DNA from: Candidatus Peregrinibacteria bacterium UBA1369
GTDB lineage: Bacteria > Patescibacteriota > Gracilibacteria > UBA1369
Length of the DNA: 64,000 nucleotides
Assembly (NCBI GenBank): GCA_002305925.1
Contig: DBRL01000013.1
Location: 54,540-118,539 of the forward strand
Reading direction: 5' to 3'
In this document: piece after piece, positions 19,584 to 29,890 of the stretch
Numbering within the stretch: position 1 is the stretch's first letter
How the letters are laid out: each line of letters begins with the position of its first letter
Notes under the pieces: generated by a model
Seen by the model: only the letters and a program-made list of their open reading frames with translations
The model's database searches: none
What the model was told of the DNA's origin: nothing
Made by a program: the position numbers and the translations under genes

Positions 19584-22418
19584 ATGGAAAGCCAAAAAGC
19601 CTACAAATATCAAAATATTTTCGACACTTTCGATAGCAGTGAATTGGGTCTGGATAACAATGAAGCGACCTTTCGCCTCAAAAAATTCGGCCCCAACCAG
19701 CTGGCCGTCAAAAAAGGTAAACCTCTGATCCTGCGTTTTCTGGAAGAATTTGCCGACCCGATGATGCTGCTGCTCATTTTCGCTACCATCATAGCCTTCT
19801 TCTCGGGAGACCATACCGATGCCGCCATAATTTTGATAGTGGTGATGCTCAACGGGCTAATCAGTTTTGTCCAGAAATACAAAGCGGAAAAAGCCGTCGA
19901 GGCTCTAAAAAAAATGGTTTCTCCGCAAGCACGGGTACTGCGTCAGCGACAACAGGTATTGATTGACACCGCCAACATCGTTCCCGGCGACGTGATCATC
20001 ATCAATGAAGGAGACACCATCCCCGCCGACGCAATAGTTTTTGCCGCCAACGAACTACAAACCTCGGAAGCGATTTTAACCGGAGAATCATTCCCGGTGA
20101 AAAAAAACGCCTTTGACGTTATTGAAAAAGGCAATGTCACCACCGTCGAAAATATCGTCTTCACCGGAACCACGGTCGCGCGCGGCAACGCCAAAGCTCT
20201 GGTCTTCAAGACAGGCATGGACACCGAATTCGGCAAAATCGCCGATTTGACACAGGAAACAAAAAAAGACCGCACCCCACTAGAACAGGAAATTCACAAA
20301 ATTGGCATCTTTGCCGCACAGATTACCATTGTCATTATTGCCATCATTTTCGTCTTTGAGCTGCTGGTACATCAGCGTTCAATCGTCAACAACATTCTTT
20401 TCGCGGCCTCCATCGCAGTAGCAGCTGTGCCTGAAGGTCTACCCGCGGTAATCACCATCGCTCTGGCCTTGGGCGTACAAAAGCTTTCAAGAAAAAAAGC
20501 CATTATCCGCCAACTGTCTTCGGTAGAAACTCTGGGAGCGACTACCGTCATCTGCACCGACAAAACCGGCACCTTGACCAAAAACGAGATGACCGTCACC
20601 CAGGCACTCCTCGATGATTTCTATGTCAGTTTCGAGGGCGCCGGCTACGCGCCCGTCGGTAAATTTCGCGTCTACACCGCTGACGAACAAATTCACGATC
20701 TGGAAAGCGGCAAAATCACACCGGAATTCAACAAAAAGCACCCCAAAATATCGACGGCCCTGAGCTGGTTCGGCCTGACAGCGGAACTTTGCAACAACGC
20801 CAATCTGGAAATCAAAGACAATCAATACAAACTGCTGGGAGACCCTACGGAAGGTGGGTTGCTCTCCATGGCCAAAAAGATCTCTTCCAACCGCAACTCG
20901 GAAATACGTCAAAATCTGCAGGAAACTCTGGAACTTCCCTTCGATTCCGAACGCAAAATGATGTCAAAAATATATTTGGACCGTCAACACGGCAAATATT
21001 ATCTCTTTGCCAAAGGAGCGCCTGAACAAATTATCAAAAATTGCGACCAGCGACTTCACGGAGGCAGACTGGCCATTCTTACCAAATCGGTAAAGTCTGA
21101 GCTGCTTGAACATAACGAGAAATTCAACCAAGAAGCTCTGCGGACAATCGCCCTGGCCTATCGTGAAATGTCTGCACATGAAACGGAAAATCTGTTTAAA
21201 CTGAAAGAATTTGAGGAAAAAATAGCCTTCGCCGAGAAAAAAATGATCTTTATCGGCCTGGCCGGCCTTTCCGATCCGCCACGCGAGGAAGTAGCCGAAG
21301 CGGTACGATTGACCAAAATAGCCGGCATCAAGAGTTACATTGTTACGGGAGACCACGGCTTTACCACGGCAGCCATTGCGAAAAAAATCGGTCTGATCGA
21401 TCCCCAAAAGCCTTACGAGATAATTACGGGAGAAGATTTGGAAAAAATAGAAGACCAGACTCTGCTGGAAAAATTCAAACAGCGGGATTTGGACCTAATT
21501 TTTTCCCGCACCAAACCGGAACACAAATTACGCCTGGTATCTCTGCTGAAAGAGAACCGAGAAATCGTCGCCGTCACCGGTGATGGGGTCAATGACGCCC
21601 CGGCTCTCAAACGGGCAGACATCGGAGTGGCGATGGGAATATCGGGCTCGGACGTATCCAAGGAAGCTGCCAACATGGTTCTGCTGGACGACAGTTACAG
21701 CACCATCGTCACAGCCATTCGCGAAGGAAGAACGATTTACGCCAATCTGAAAAAATTCATCTTTTTCATCTTTTCCTGCAATATCGGTGAACTGTTTACC
21801 ATCTTTGTCAGCCTACTGATCGGGCTGGTTTCACCACTGACTGCCATCCTGATTCTTACGGTCAATCTGGCTACCGACCTTCTGCCAGCCCTGGCACTGG
21901 GCCTGGAACCGGCCGAAAAAGACATCATGGAAAAAGCCCCGCGCCGAACCGATGAAAAAATCATGAACCGCCGTTTCGTATACCGGGTATTGGCCACTGG
22001 ATCATTGATGGGCATCATTTTGCTGACCCAATACATTTACAAGCTTTACAGCAGCGGCTGGAGCTGGGGAGCGACAATACCCGAAAATGTACTGGTGGAA
22101 GCCAGCAGCCTGGTATTCCTAAGTATGGTACTGATACAGGTGGCCAACTCCTTCAACGCCAAAAGCGAGGATAAATCGATTTTTGCCGTCAATCCTTTCA
22201 ATAACCACAAGCTTATCTGGGCCAACCTTTCTTCCGTGCTTATGGCAATTGCCGTAGTCGAATTGCCTTTTTTACAGCAATACTTTGATACCGCGTCACT
22301 GGGGTGGCAGGATTGGCTGCTCATCCTGGCCGGCTGCCTTATTATTATTATCTTCATGGAACTGTTCAAAGTAATGACCAGACGCAAACAGCCCCCCCAA
22401 AAACAGATCCCAGCATGA
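19584..22418 (+). CDS. Cation-transporting P-type ATPase (P2A, Ca2+-type)
   Basis: TGES, VPEGLP, DKTGT, KGAPE, TGD, GDGVND, NLATD. Confidence 0.93.
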   Translation: MESQKAYKYQNIFDTFDSSELGLDNNEATFRLKKFGPNQLAVKKGKPLILRFLEEFADPMMLLLIFATIIAFFSGDHTDAAIILIVVMLNGLISFVQKYKAEKAVEALKKMVSPQARVLRQRQQVLIDTANIVPGDVIIINEGDTIPADAIVFAANELQTSEAILTGESFPVKKNAFDVIEKGNVTTVENIVFTGTTVARGNAKALVFKTGMDTEFGKIADLTQETKKDRTPLEQEIHKIGIFAAQITIVIIAIIFVFELLVHQRSIVNNILFAASIAVAAVPEGLPAVITIALALGVQKLSRKKAIIRQLSSVETLGATTVICTDKTGTLTKNEMTVTQALLDDFYVSFEGAGYAPVGKFRVYTADEQIHDLESGKITPEFNKKHPKISTALSWFGLTAELCNNANLEIKDNQYKLLGDPTEGGLLSMAKKISSNRNSEIRQNLQETLELPFDSERKMMSKIYLDRQHGKYYLFAKGAPEQIIKNCDQRLHGGRLAILTKSVKSELLEHNEKFNQEALRTIALAYREMSAHETENLFKLKEFEEKIAFAEKKMIFIGLAGLSDPPREEVAEAVRLTKIAGIKSYIVTGDHGFTTAAIAKKIGLIDPQKPYEIITGEDLEKIEDQTLLEKFKQRDLDLIFSRTKPEHKLRLVSLLKENREIVAVTGDGVNDAPALKRADIGVAMGISGSDVSKEAANMVLLDDSYSTIVTAIREGRTIYANLKKFIFFIFSCNIGELFTIFVSLLIGLVSPLTAILILTVNLATDLLPALALGLEPAEKDIMEKAPRRTDEKIMNRRFVYRVLATGSLMGIILLTQYIYKLYSSGWSWGATIPENVLVEASSLVFLSMVLIQVANSFNAKSEDKSIFAVNPFNNHKLIWANLSSVLMAIAVVELPFLQQYFDTASLGWQDWLLILAGCLIIIIFMELFKVMTRRKQPPQKQIPA

Positions 22419-22747
22419 AAATGAAGGTTACCACAAAAACAGGGCTGCTGGAATTAATATGTTTGACACAGATACCTGTTGGAAAAGCTATAATCCTCTA
22501 CGTGACCGTAACCCCAAAAAGCCAGAAGAACATCCTGCAGAGCATCGCGCCGGATCCACAGGGCAATGGTTTTATGCTTAAAGCAAAAATACGCGGTGTC
22601 CCCGAAAACAATCAGGTCAACAATAATCTGCTGCGTTTTTTGGCCAAAGAATTGCACACCGGCGTATCGGCACTAAAGCTGGTTTCCGGACATCATTCCC
22701 GTCACAAAATTCTGCAAATCAATCAAAATGCTTTATCAAAACAGTAG
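22415..22747 (+). CDS. DUF167/YggU-family protein
   Basis: VTVTPKS...P.NNQVN..L..FLAK...LVSG..SR.K pattern; ATGA overlap with the ATPase stop. Confidence 0.7.
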   Translation: MKMKVTTKTGLLELICLTQIPVGKAIILYVTVTPKSQKNILQSIAPDPQGNGFMLKAKIRGVPENNQVNNNLLRFLAKELHTGVSALKLVSGHHSRHKILQINQNALSKQ

Positions 22748-23564
22748 GGAACTGCTGACATTATTACAAAAAGAAGGTCTGCATGCCAAACACCGCCTGG
22801 GACAGAATTTTCTAATTCAGCCGCAAATTATCGACAAAATCATCGCCGCAGCCGAGATCAAAAACACCGACCGGGTGCTGGAAATAGGTCCGGGACTGGG
22901 GATTCTGACCGAAAAACTCCTGGCGCAGGCCCAAAAAGTCACCGCAGTGGAAAAAGACCGGGAGCTCTACGATTTTCTGCAAAAGCACTTCAGGCAGGCA
23001 AAGAATCTAACTCTGATCAATGCTGACATTCTGCAAACTGAACCGCCCAGAGCGCCATACAAATTGATTGCCAACATACCCTATTACATCACCTCGCCGA
23101 TTATCAGCCATTTTCTGCGGGGCGGCGCTTCGCGCCGCCCCGACCTGCTGGTTTTGATGACCCAGCTGGAGGTCGCCCGCAAAATCTGCGCCAAAGCGGG
23201 GAACCACAGCATGCTTAGTCTGCAGACCCAGCTCTTCGCCGAACCGAAATTGATCCACCAGGTGAGTCGGGGTAATTTTTTCCCCGCCCCCAAAGTTGAC
23301 TCGGCCATACTGCTGCTGCGGCCCCGGCCGACCCCTCTACTGAAAAGATCCGAAGTCTTTCTCACCCTGATTGGATTGTCCTTCGGACAAAAAAGAAAAA
23401 CTCTGGCCAATTCTTTAGCCCGTTACCCCGGCCTGGACAAGCAAAAAGCCACCGAAACCATTCAGGCCGCCAATCTGGATCCGATGGCCCGACCGCAAAA
23501 TCTGGACTTTGCCGAATGGGCCCGCCTGACCGAACGACTACCCGACTCGCCCGCCCCCGCTTAA
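22728..23564 (+). CDS. rsmA: 16S rRNA m6,2A dimethyltransferase
   Basis: LGQNFL, LEIGPGLG, ANIPYYITSP, FFPAPKVDSA, QKRKTL.N. Confidence 0.96.
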   Translation: MLYQNSRELLTLLQKEGLHAKHRLGQNFLIQPQIIDKIIAAAEIKNTDRVLEIGPGLGILTEKLLAQAQKVTAVEKDRELYDFLQKHFRQAKNLTLINADILQTEPPRAPYKLIANIPYYITSPIISHFLRGGASRRPDLLVLMTQLEVARKICAKAGNHSMLSLQTQLFAEPKLIHQVSRGNFFPAPKVDSAILLLRPRPTPLLKRSEVFLTLIGLSFGQKRKTLANSLARYPGLDKQKATETIQAANLDPMARPQNLDFAEWARLTERLPDSPAPA

Positions 23565-26500
23565 TCAAAAAAGGCCTCCCTCAAGATTTTTCTTCATTTC
23601 GGAAAGTTTTTGCAAATCCACGCTTTTTTCAGACCGGGCCAAATCATCCATTGCTGACAAATATTTTTGCAACGCTGCAATTGTCTCTGATTTCAAAGCA
23701 TCAATCCGGGCGGCAAAATCAGAAAAACATGCCTTGACCAAGACAACGTTATTAAGTTTGTCAAGTTGGCGAAACTTTTCTTCCCAGCCCAGCCTCGCCC
23801 ACAAACCTTTTTGCAGCACCTCCAGACAGTCAATCTGATAAAAATACTGCTCATGCCCCTTTTCCAGAGCCAAAATTTGGCTTTCCGCAAAAGCCAAAAG
23901 ATTACGGTACTGCAGCTCAAAAGACGCCTTCAAAGCGGCAACTGTCGAATTTCGTGCCGTCTCCTCTTCGCCAAAAACGGTTTTGGTCACTTTTTTACCC
24001 TCCAGCCGGAAACCGCTGTACACATAAATGATTTTATCCCCGGCCGCTCCAAAAAGCGAACTACCCAGCTCCAGCGGCTCCAGCACTGTCGGCAGATAAT
24101 GCCACAATTCGGACAGACGTATTCCGTGCACTTCCACCTGGCGTCGCACTTTCTTCAGTTTCTTTTTCAAATGCCACAAATCAACCTCCTCCTTGAGACT
24201 ATCAATCTCACCCCCCTCGGCAATCACCGCACTATCCGCTGCAGAATCGCGCTCCCCCACCCCTTCACCGACATCAGCCGCCCTCACCACAAACCAGGGA
24301 TGTAACTCCGGATATTCCCTCAGATTTGCCGTCACCACCGCCCCGGACAGATCAATCAAATCAGCCACCTTCAAAACAATCACCGCGCGCCCGGGAAAAG
24401 CATGTTCATCGTAGCGGTAGTCCACCGGATAAGATTTCCCTGCCAGATACACCGACTCCGGGAAAAGCCGTGCCAACTTTTTCCTTTCTGCTGGCGTCAA
24501 AATTTCTTCCTCATTGAGCAGCAAAAACCCCTCTCCCCGCCCGGCCAGCAACCGGTCCAGCTGTTGCAGGGAAGCAACGGGCTCACGGGAAACAAGGCGT
24601 AGTTTCCGCAAATACCATTCACGCAGCCTCATGTCAGTCAAAGCCCAGCGCGGTTCATTCAACCGGGCGGCATAGGCTTTCAATTTGGCCACTGTCTCCT
24701 GATTTTTTTTCAGCCATGGATAATGTGAAATCAGTCCCCTCTTGACCAGCCCTTCCCGGACAAGAATTTCCTCCGCCTGCGCCGGATCTTTCTGACCGAT
24801 TTCCACCAGCCTGTCCCGAACTATGCGCTGCCCCCGGAAATAAACTTCCTCTTCGCGTACCACCCTACCGCTATGACGGTCAAATCTGATCGGTCCACTA
24901 CGCACCCTGCAGAGCTGCGGGGCAATTTCCTCCAACCATCTGATATCGATTACCGTATTATTTCTGGCATAGAGCCTGGTCGTTTCGACGATCTCCGCCG
25001 AGACAAAAAATTTTGGATGAAGGTTAAAAAGAGCGGATCCCGGATGAATCATTACGTTTTCCACCGTACGGGTGCGATATGTCTGGGGACTGCTTGCCTC
25101 ACAAAGATTCTGGATAAAACCGGATGAAATCGATTTGAGGATACCCTCCTTTTTGGAGAGATCAACCGATAGATCGGTCTGTCCCTCGACCAGCAAATAG
25201 CGTGAGAATTCATCTTTGGCAAATATATTCAAAGTATCCAGCAATTGCCGATAAATCTGCCCTATCTCACGAAAAAGCAGATGGTTGAGGTAATTGGACT
25301 GACAAAAAAGTTCCCGCTGAAGATCGTCTTTCAGTGCCTGTAATTTATTCCAGATGACCAAAAAAACCATTAAATCGGAGACCAGATCAAGTGCATGCTG
25401 ATCACGGTCACGCACCCGGCGCGTAAACACCCGCCTGCCCCGCCTGATTCTGACCGTCCTGTATTTGGCTCCCGCGCCAATCACCATGCGTTGAAAATAA
25501 CGCTTGGCCCGATCGGCCTCCTCCTCTTCGCCATTGGGGCGCAAAAAGGGATCTTTTACCGAAAGAGATGAAGCAATAATAGCCACCTCGCGCACACAGC
25601 CATATTTTTCCGCAGCCAGCAGCATGGCGGAAATACGGGGCTCCAGAGGCAAATGGGCCATTTTCACGCCGAGAGGAGTCAGGTTTTGCGCCTCGTCGAG
25701 AGCACCCAGTTCAATCAAATTGGCAATGGCATTGCGAAAGGCCTTGGGCTCCGGCGCGTCGATAAAGCTGAAACCGGTCAGATTGGCAATACCAATCAGT
25801 CGCATGTGCAAGACCACCGAAGAAAGATCGGAACGCTGAATTTCCGGTTGGGTGTATTGTTCACGTGCCTGGAAATCGGCCTCTGCGTATAGACGGATAC
25901 AATGCCCGGCCTCCACGCGTCCGGCCCGCCCGGCCCGCTGAATAGCCGAAGCCTGGGAAATGTTTTTCACTTCCAGACTGCCTATGCCGGTACGAAAATT
26001 AAAATCGGTCATCCGGGCCAGGCCGCTGTCGATGACATATTTAATGCCCGGTACGGTCAAAGAGGTTTCGGCGATGTTGGTGGCTACGACAACCTTGGTC
26101 TGTCCCGGGAAGTCCAGATAAATCAACTCCTGTTCGTCCATCGAAAGCCTCGAATAAAGCGGCAGACACTTCACCCTGATTCCGGCGGCCTCCTCAACCG
26201 CCCTGATGGTCTTGAAAATCTCAGCTTCGCCGGGCATAAAAACCAGCACATCCCCTCCGCCACCACCTGCAATCCCTTTGATCAGCCGGGCGATTTTTCC
26301 ATAGGGCTCCTCCCCCTCCTCCAGCGGATCGTAAACAATCTCCACCGGATAGAGACGGCCGGAGACATTGATCAGCGGTATCGGCGAAACCCGCCCTTCA
26401 CTGTCCACATTCAATTCTGCAAAAAAATCGGCGAATTTGCCGGCATCAAAAGTGGCTGAAGTAACGAGAATTTTCATGGCGGACAAACCGGCCGCCAACC

Positions 26501-26981
26501 GTTTCCCCTGAATATCCTTGAGCAGTCCCAGCAAAAAATCGATATTCAAATTACGTTCATGTGCCTCATCGACCAGAATGGCGTCATAGCGCGACAGCAG
26601 ACCGTCCCCCTTCATTTCCTGCAACAAAATACCATCGGTACAGATGTTGATGATCGTTCCGGCCGTGGTATCGTCGTCGAAACGAATTTTGTATCCCACC
26701 TCCTGTCCCAAATCCACTTCAGTTTCCTGGGCCATCCAGGTGGCTATCGAAACGGCGGCGATACGACGGGGCTGAGTGCAGGCAATTTTGAACTCTCCCA
26801 GCGCGTAATCGGTTTTTCGCAGTAAAGAAAGGGCCTCCAAAATCATTTTCGGTATCTGTGTCGATTTCCCAGAACCGGTCTCACCGACCACAATCACCAC
26901 CTGGTTCTCTTCTATTGCCTTTACAATCTCGTCCTTATGTGACGTAATAGGCAGAATCTCCGGATAATTTAGGCGCATCAA
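23565..26981 (-). CDS. hrpA: HrpA-like DEAH-box RNA helicase with divergent C-terminus
   Basis: GETGSGKSTQ, TQPRRIAA, DEAHER, SAT, TNIAETSLT, QRAGRAGR. Confidence 0.88.
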   Translation of the reverse strand: MMRLNYPEILPITSHKDEIVKAIEENQVVIVVGETGSGKSTQIPKMILEALSLLRKTDYALGEFKIACTQPRRIAAVSIATWMAQETEVDLGQEVGYKIRFDDDTTAGTIINICTDGILLQEMKGDGLLSRYDAILVDEAHERNLNIDFLLGLLKDIQGKRLAAGLSAMKILVTSATFDAGKFADFFAELNVDSEGRVSPIPLINVSGRLYPVEIVYDPLEEGEEPYGKIARLIKGIAGGGGGDVLVFMPGEAEIFKTIRAVEEAAGIRVKCLPLYSRLSMDEQELIYLDFPGQTKVVVATNIAETSLTVPGIKYVIDSGLARMTDFNFRTGIGSLEVKNISQASAIQRAGRAGRVEAGHCIRLYAEADFQAREQYTQPEIQRSDLSSVVLHMRLIGIANLTGFSFIDAPEPKAFRNAIANLIELGALDEAQNLTPLGVKMAHLPLEPRISAMLLAAEKYGCVREVAIIASSLSVKDPFLRPNGEEEEADRAKRYFQRMVIGAGAKYRTVRIRRGRRVFTRRVRDRDQHALDLVSDLMVFLVIWNKLQALKDDLQRELFCQSNYLNHLLFREIGQIYRQLLDTLNIFAKDEFSRYLLVEGQTDLSVDLSKKEGILKSISSGFIQNLCEASSPQTYRTRTVENVMIHPGSALFNLHPKFFVSAEIVETTRLYARNNTVIDIRWLEEIAPQLCRVRSGPIRFDRHSGRVVREEEVYFRGQRIVRDRLVEIGQKDPAQAEEILVREGLVKRGLISHYPWLKKNQETVAKLKAYAARLNEPRWALTDMRLREWYLRKLRLVSREPVASLQQLDRLLAGRGEGFLLLNEEEILTPAERKKLARLFPESVYLAGKSYPVDYRYDEHAFPGRAVIVLKVADLIDLSGAVVTANLREYPELHPWFVVRAADVGEGVGERDSAADSAVIAEGGEIDSLKEEVDLWHLKKKLKKVRRQVEVHGIRLSELWHYLPTVLEPLELGSSLFGAAGDKIIYVYSGFRLEGKKVTKTVFGEEETARNSTVAALKASFELQYRNLLAFAESQILALEKGHEQYFYQIDCLEVLQKGLWARLGWEEKFRQLDKLNNVVLVKACFSDFAARIDALKSETIAALQKYLSAMDDLARSEKSVDLQKLSEMKKNLEGGLF

Positions 26982-27040
26982 TTTGTCTTATCAAGTATAC
27001 TTATTTTATATTACTCTCAAGCAATTCACCAGAAATTCGC

Positions 27041-28297
27041 ATGAATGGAACCATGAAAACTTTTTTGACCAATCACCAATTCTATCAGTATCTGGACTGG
27101 ACCAAATACCGTGAACAGATGGACAGACAGCTGGAATGTTCCATGAGCAGACACAACGAAAGCCAGCTGCATTTCAACAAGACCTGGGAAAAAATCGATC
27201 TGGCCGGCCGCGAACTGGATTTCCTGGTAATGGAGCTGGGAGGCATGTATCTTCGCCTCTACCATTGCCGCGTCATCAAAGGAAAACTGCAGACTCTGAA
27301 CAGCCGCAAAATTTCTTTTTATCAGAAAAAAGTCTACACCCCGGATATACTTTTTGCCGATCTGTACAGCCATCTGGAAAAATTCATCACCGGCGTCAAC
27401 CCGCTTCCGTCACTAATGGTTTTCTCTTTTGCCAACGCCCTCAAACCGGTCTGCAGCAAAAAGAACCGCATTGACGGAGAAATACTTTTTTGGGGCAAAA
27501 ACCACCGCCAGGAAGGTCTGCTCGGACTGAAACTGGGCGAACATTTTGAAAAATTCCTGCAGACAAAAAATCTGAGAGCCCTGGCCGTCAACGTCGCCAA
27601 TGACAGCAGTCTGGCCGTACTATCTGCGCGTCTCTCGCAAAAGACAGCTGCCAGTACCGTAATCAACCTGGTGGCCGGAAGTGGCACCAATATTGGCGTC
27701 GGCTACAACCATGGCCAAAACTACAAAGTCATCAATCTGGAATTCGGCAATCTCGACTTCATCCCTTACAGCAACTTCGACCATCAGCTCAATCATGAAA
27801 GCTCGACCCCCAACCGTTTTCGAACGGAAAAACTGTTCAGCGGAGCCTGGCAAAACAAACTTCTAACCATCATCATCGATCGGGCAATCAGTGAAGGACT
27901 GTTCGAAAAGGAAAAAGGGCTGGAAGCCCTGCGCACGATGACATCGGAGGAACTGGAACAATTCTTCAGTCAAAAAAACAGTGACCTAAAATGCTTTCCG
28001 GCCATCCGTCTGGCCTGGCGGGAAATCGCCAAACGCGGGTCCTTTGTCTGCGCGCTGGCCCTGGCACGCATCATCGACCATCTTGCCGTCAACAAGCTCC
28101 TGCCCAAAGGAGTGACCATAGTCGAAGTCGGTGCCCTGCCCGAGCACTGTCCCGGTTTCCGTCGTGATCTGGAAAAACATCTGGCTGAACTGCTCACCGA
28201 AAACCCGCACACCCGCAAAATCAAGCCCGAAATTCTGCTCTCCCCCGAACCGACCTGCTGCGGCGCCGCCACCCTGCTGGCCGCTATCAATCATTGA
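27041..28297 (+). CDS. Eukaryote-type hexokinase-family protein (divergent)
   Basis: ELGGMYLR (cf. DLGGTNFR), FSFA, VANDS, AGSGTN, INLEFGN, EKLFSG in hexokinase order. Confidence 0.72.
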   Translation: MNGTMKTFLTNHQFYQYLDWTKYREQMDRQLECSMSRHNESQLHFNKTWEKIDLAGRELDFLVMELGGMYLRLYHCRVIKGKLQTLNSRKISFYQKKVYTPDILFADLYSHLEKFITGVNPLPSLMVFSFANALKPVCSKKNRIDGEILFWGKNHRQEGLLGLKLGEHFEKFLQTKNLRALAVNVANDSSLAVLSARLSQKTAASTVINLVAGSGTNIGVGYNHGQNYKVINLEFGNLDFIPYSNFDHQLNHESSTPNRFRTEKLFSGAWQNKLLTIIIDRAISEGLFEKEKGLEALRTMTSEELEQFFSQKNSDLKCFPAIRLAWREIAKRGSFVCALALARIIDHLAVNKLLPKGVTIVEVGALPEHCPGFRRDLEKHLAELLTENPHTRKIKPEILLSPEPTCCGAATLLAAINH

Positions 28298-28338
28298 ATC
28301 TACGACCCATTACCACCACCACTGTCACCATCGTCACC

Positions 28339-28521
28339 ATGCCTCCCAAAAATCCACCCCAAAAAACCGGCAACCCGGAACTGACCACGCGCGACCGCCA
28401 AATCCTGGAACAGATCGGCTACCTGGCCATTCACCGCGCCAGTAAAAAAATCGTCACCGACCGCAAAAAACAATTTTTCAACCAACTGCAACAAGATGGC
28501 AAGGGAACCTCTCAAAATTGA
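28339..28521 (+). CDS. Small hypothetical protein (60 aa)
   Basis: CACC-ATG start context and host-like codons; fills the gap between genes and overlaps the next start. Confidence 0.4.
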   Translation: MPPKNPPQKTGNPELTTRDRQILEQIGYLAIHRASKKIVTDRKKQFFNQLQQDGKGTSQN

Positions 28522-29827
28522 ATTCATCAGCAGCAAACCCGCCGCGCCGGAGGAAAAGCCCGGAGCGGGGGTAGAAAAAACATCGGAATCCGCTCAAAAA
28601 CAACCTTCGCTGCAGGAAATCGCCCGCAAAGCCGCGGAACGTTTCACCCAGCCTGAAGAAAAAAGACGTTTTTTGATTGAACTGGCCAAAGAACTGCGCG
28701 CCAGAATCGACGAACTTTCCCCCGAACTGCGCACAAGATTTTACAATGGCAAAGAAGATTTGGATTTAAACAGCGTCACTGCCGTCTATGGCTTGCGCGA
28801 ACACCTGAGCGCGGAAATCACCCCCGAGGGCGGCCTGCGTGAAGCCGATGAAGACACCACCGCGAAAATACCGGGAGAATACCGCATCCCCGAGCGGCCT
28901 GCCGGCGCCAAAGGCGGCCAGAAGCTTCTCCGTGAATGGGGACTGAACCGCAACATGAACGCTTTCCAGGACCAGCTTGCCGACAACATCATCCGTGAAA
29001 TTGAGCGCGGCAACGTGCCGGATTCCTGCCGCAACATGCATACCATCACCATGCAGGGAGAAGACGGTACCAAAATCTCTTTCCGCACCTCGGCCGGCTA
29101 TCTGGCCGTCGGTTCAAACCAGGACCACGTCAGGGTGCCCCTTTCCGGATACATGGCCAAGCGCATCGCCGACCACTTCGGCTGGACCCTGCCCACGGCC
29201 GACATGGCCGCAGCCACCGACAGAGCGGCCGACCTGCAGTTGCGCATCGGCGGGGAAACGCACAATGACTATGATCTTGCCCACATGGCCGACCTGGAAT
29301 ACGCCCGCAAACACAACCAGCGCGCCCAGAAATCATTGCAACGCCATCTCAATCAGATCAACAAGAGAGCCGCCGAACAGGGACAGCCACCTCTCACCGC
29401 CAATGATTTGAGCAGACTGCTCATCCGTGGCGAGAAAAAGAACATTTTTATCGGACAGCGCTCCGACCAGGGCGGCATCGGCATCGGAGGACTGCTCGAC
29501 ACCAACGGCAACCCCATTCAGCCCTACCAATATCCCCACTCTAAAGAAACCGGCCCCAACGGTGAGACCGGCTATCATGGTGACTACTCGCAATCAATCG
29601 CCATCCAGGCCCCCAAAGTCACCATCGTCACCCCGGACGGCAAGAGTCACAGCGTACATCTCTACGAAGCCCTGCGCGACCCCAAATACGCCAAAATCCT
29701 CAACCCCAGCGAAGCCGGTAAGAACGATGGTGTCTTTATCGCTGAAAACAGCTATCAGCGACGCGGAAACTTTGACTCTCCCACTCCACGGCGGCGCGGC
29801 AGAAGGGCCCCTTCGCGAACAGTCTGA
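28496..29827 (+). CDS. Hypothetical protein; C-terminal two-thirds resembles an uncharacterised bacterial family
   Basis: 443-aa ORF; YLAVGS..D.VRVP, RIAD.FG..LPT, G.KK, G.PIQP, DYSQ, L.DP motifs. Confidence 0.7.
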   Translation: MAREPLKIEFISSKPAAPEEKPGAGVEKTSESAQKQPSLQEIARKAAERFTQPEEKRRFLIELAKELRARIDELSPELRTRFYNGKEDLDLNSVTAVYGLREHLSAEITPEGGLREADEDTTAKIPGEYRIPERPAGAKGGQKLLREWGLNRNMNAFQDQLADNIIREIERGNVPDSCRNMHTITMQGEDGTKISFRTSAGYLAVGSNQDHVRVPLSGYMAKRIADHFGWTLPTADMAAATDRAADLQLRIGGETHNDYDLAHMADLEYARKHNQRAQKSLQRHLNQINKRAAEQGQPPLTANDLSRLLIRGEKKNIFIGQRSDQGGIGIGGLLDTNGNPIQPYQYPHSKETGPNGETGYHGDYSQSIAIQAPKVTIVTPDGKSHSVHLYEALRDPKYAKILNPSEAGKNDGVFIAENSYQRRGNFDSPTPRRRGRRAPSRTV

Positions 29828-29890
29828 TTTAATTGCCGAAAAGCATCGGCTTTGTTACACTTAACGCCGATTACTATTTAATTTGCCCCT

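Noticed and set aside
28308..28340. CAC/CAT-rich microrepeat that could encode a His-rich peptide
   Set aside because: Short low-complexity tract on a C/A-rich strand; the His-rich frame (28131-28445) overlaps the hexokinase and has no support.
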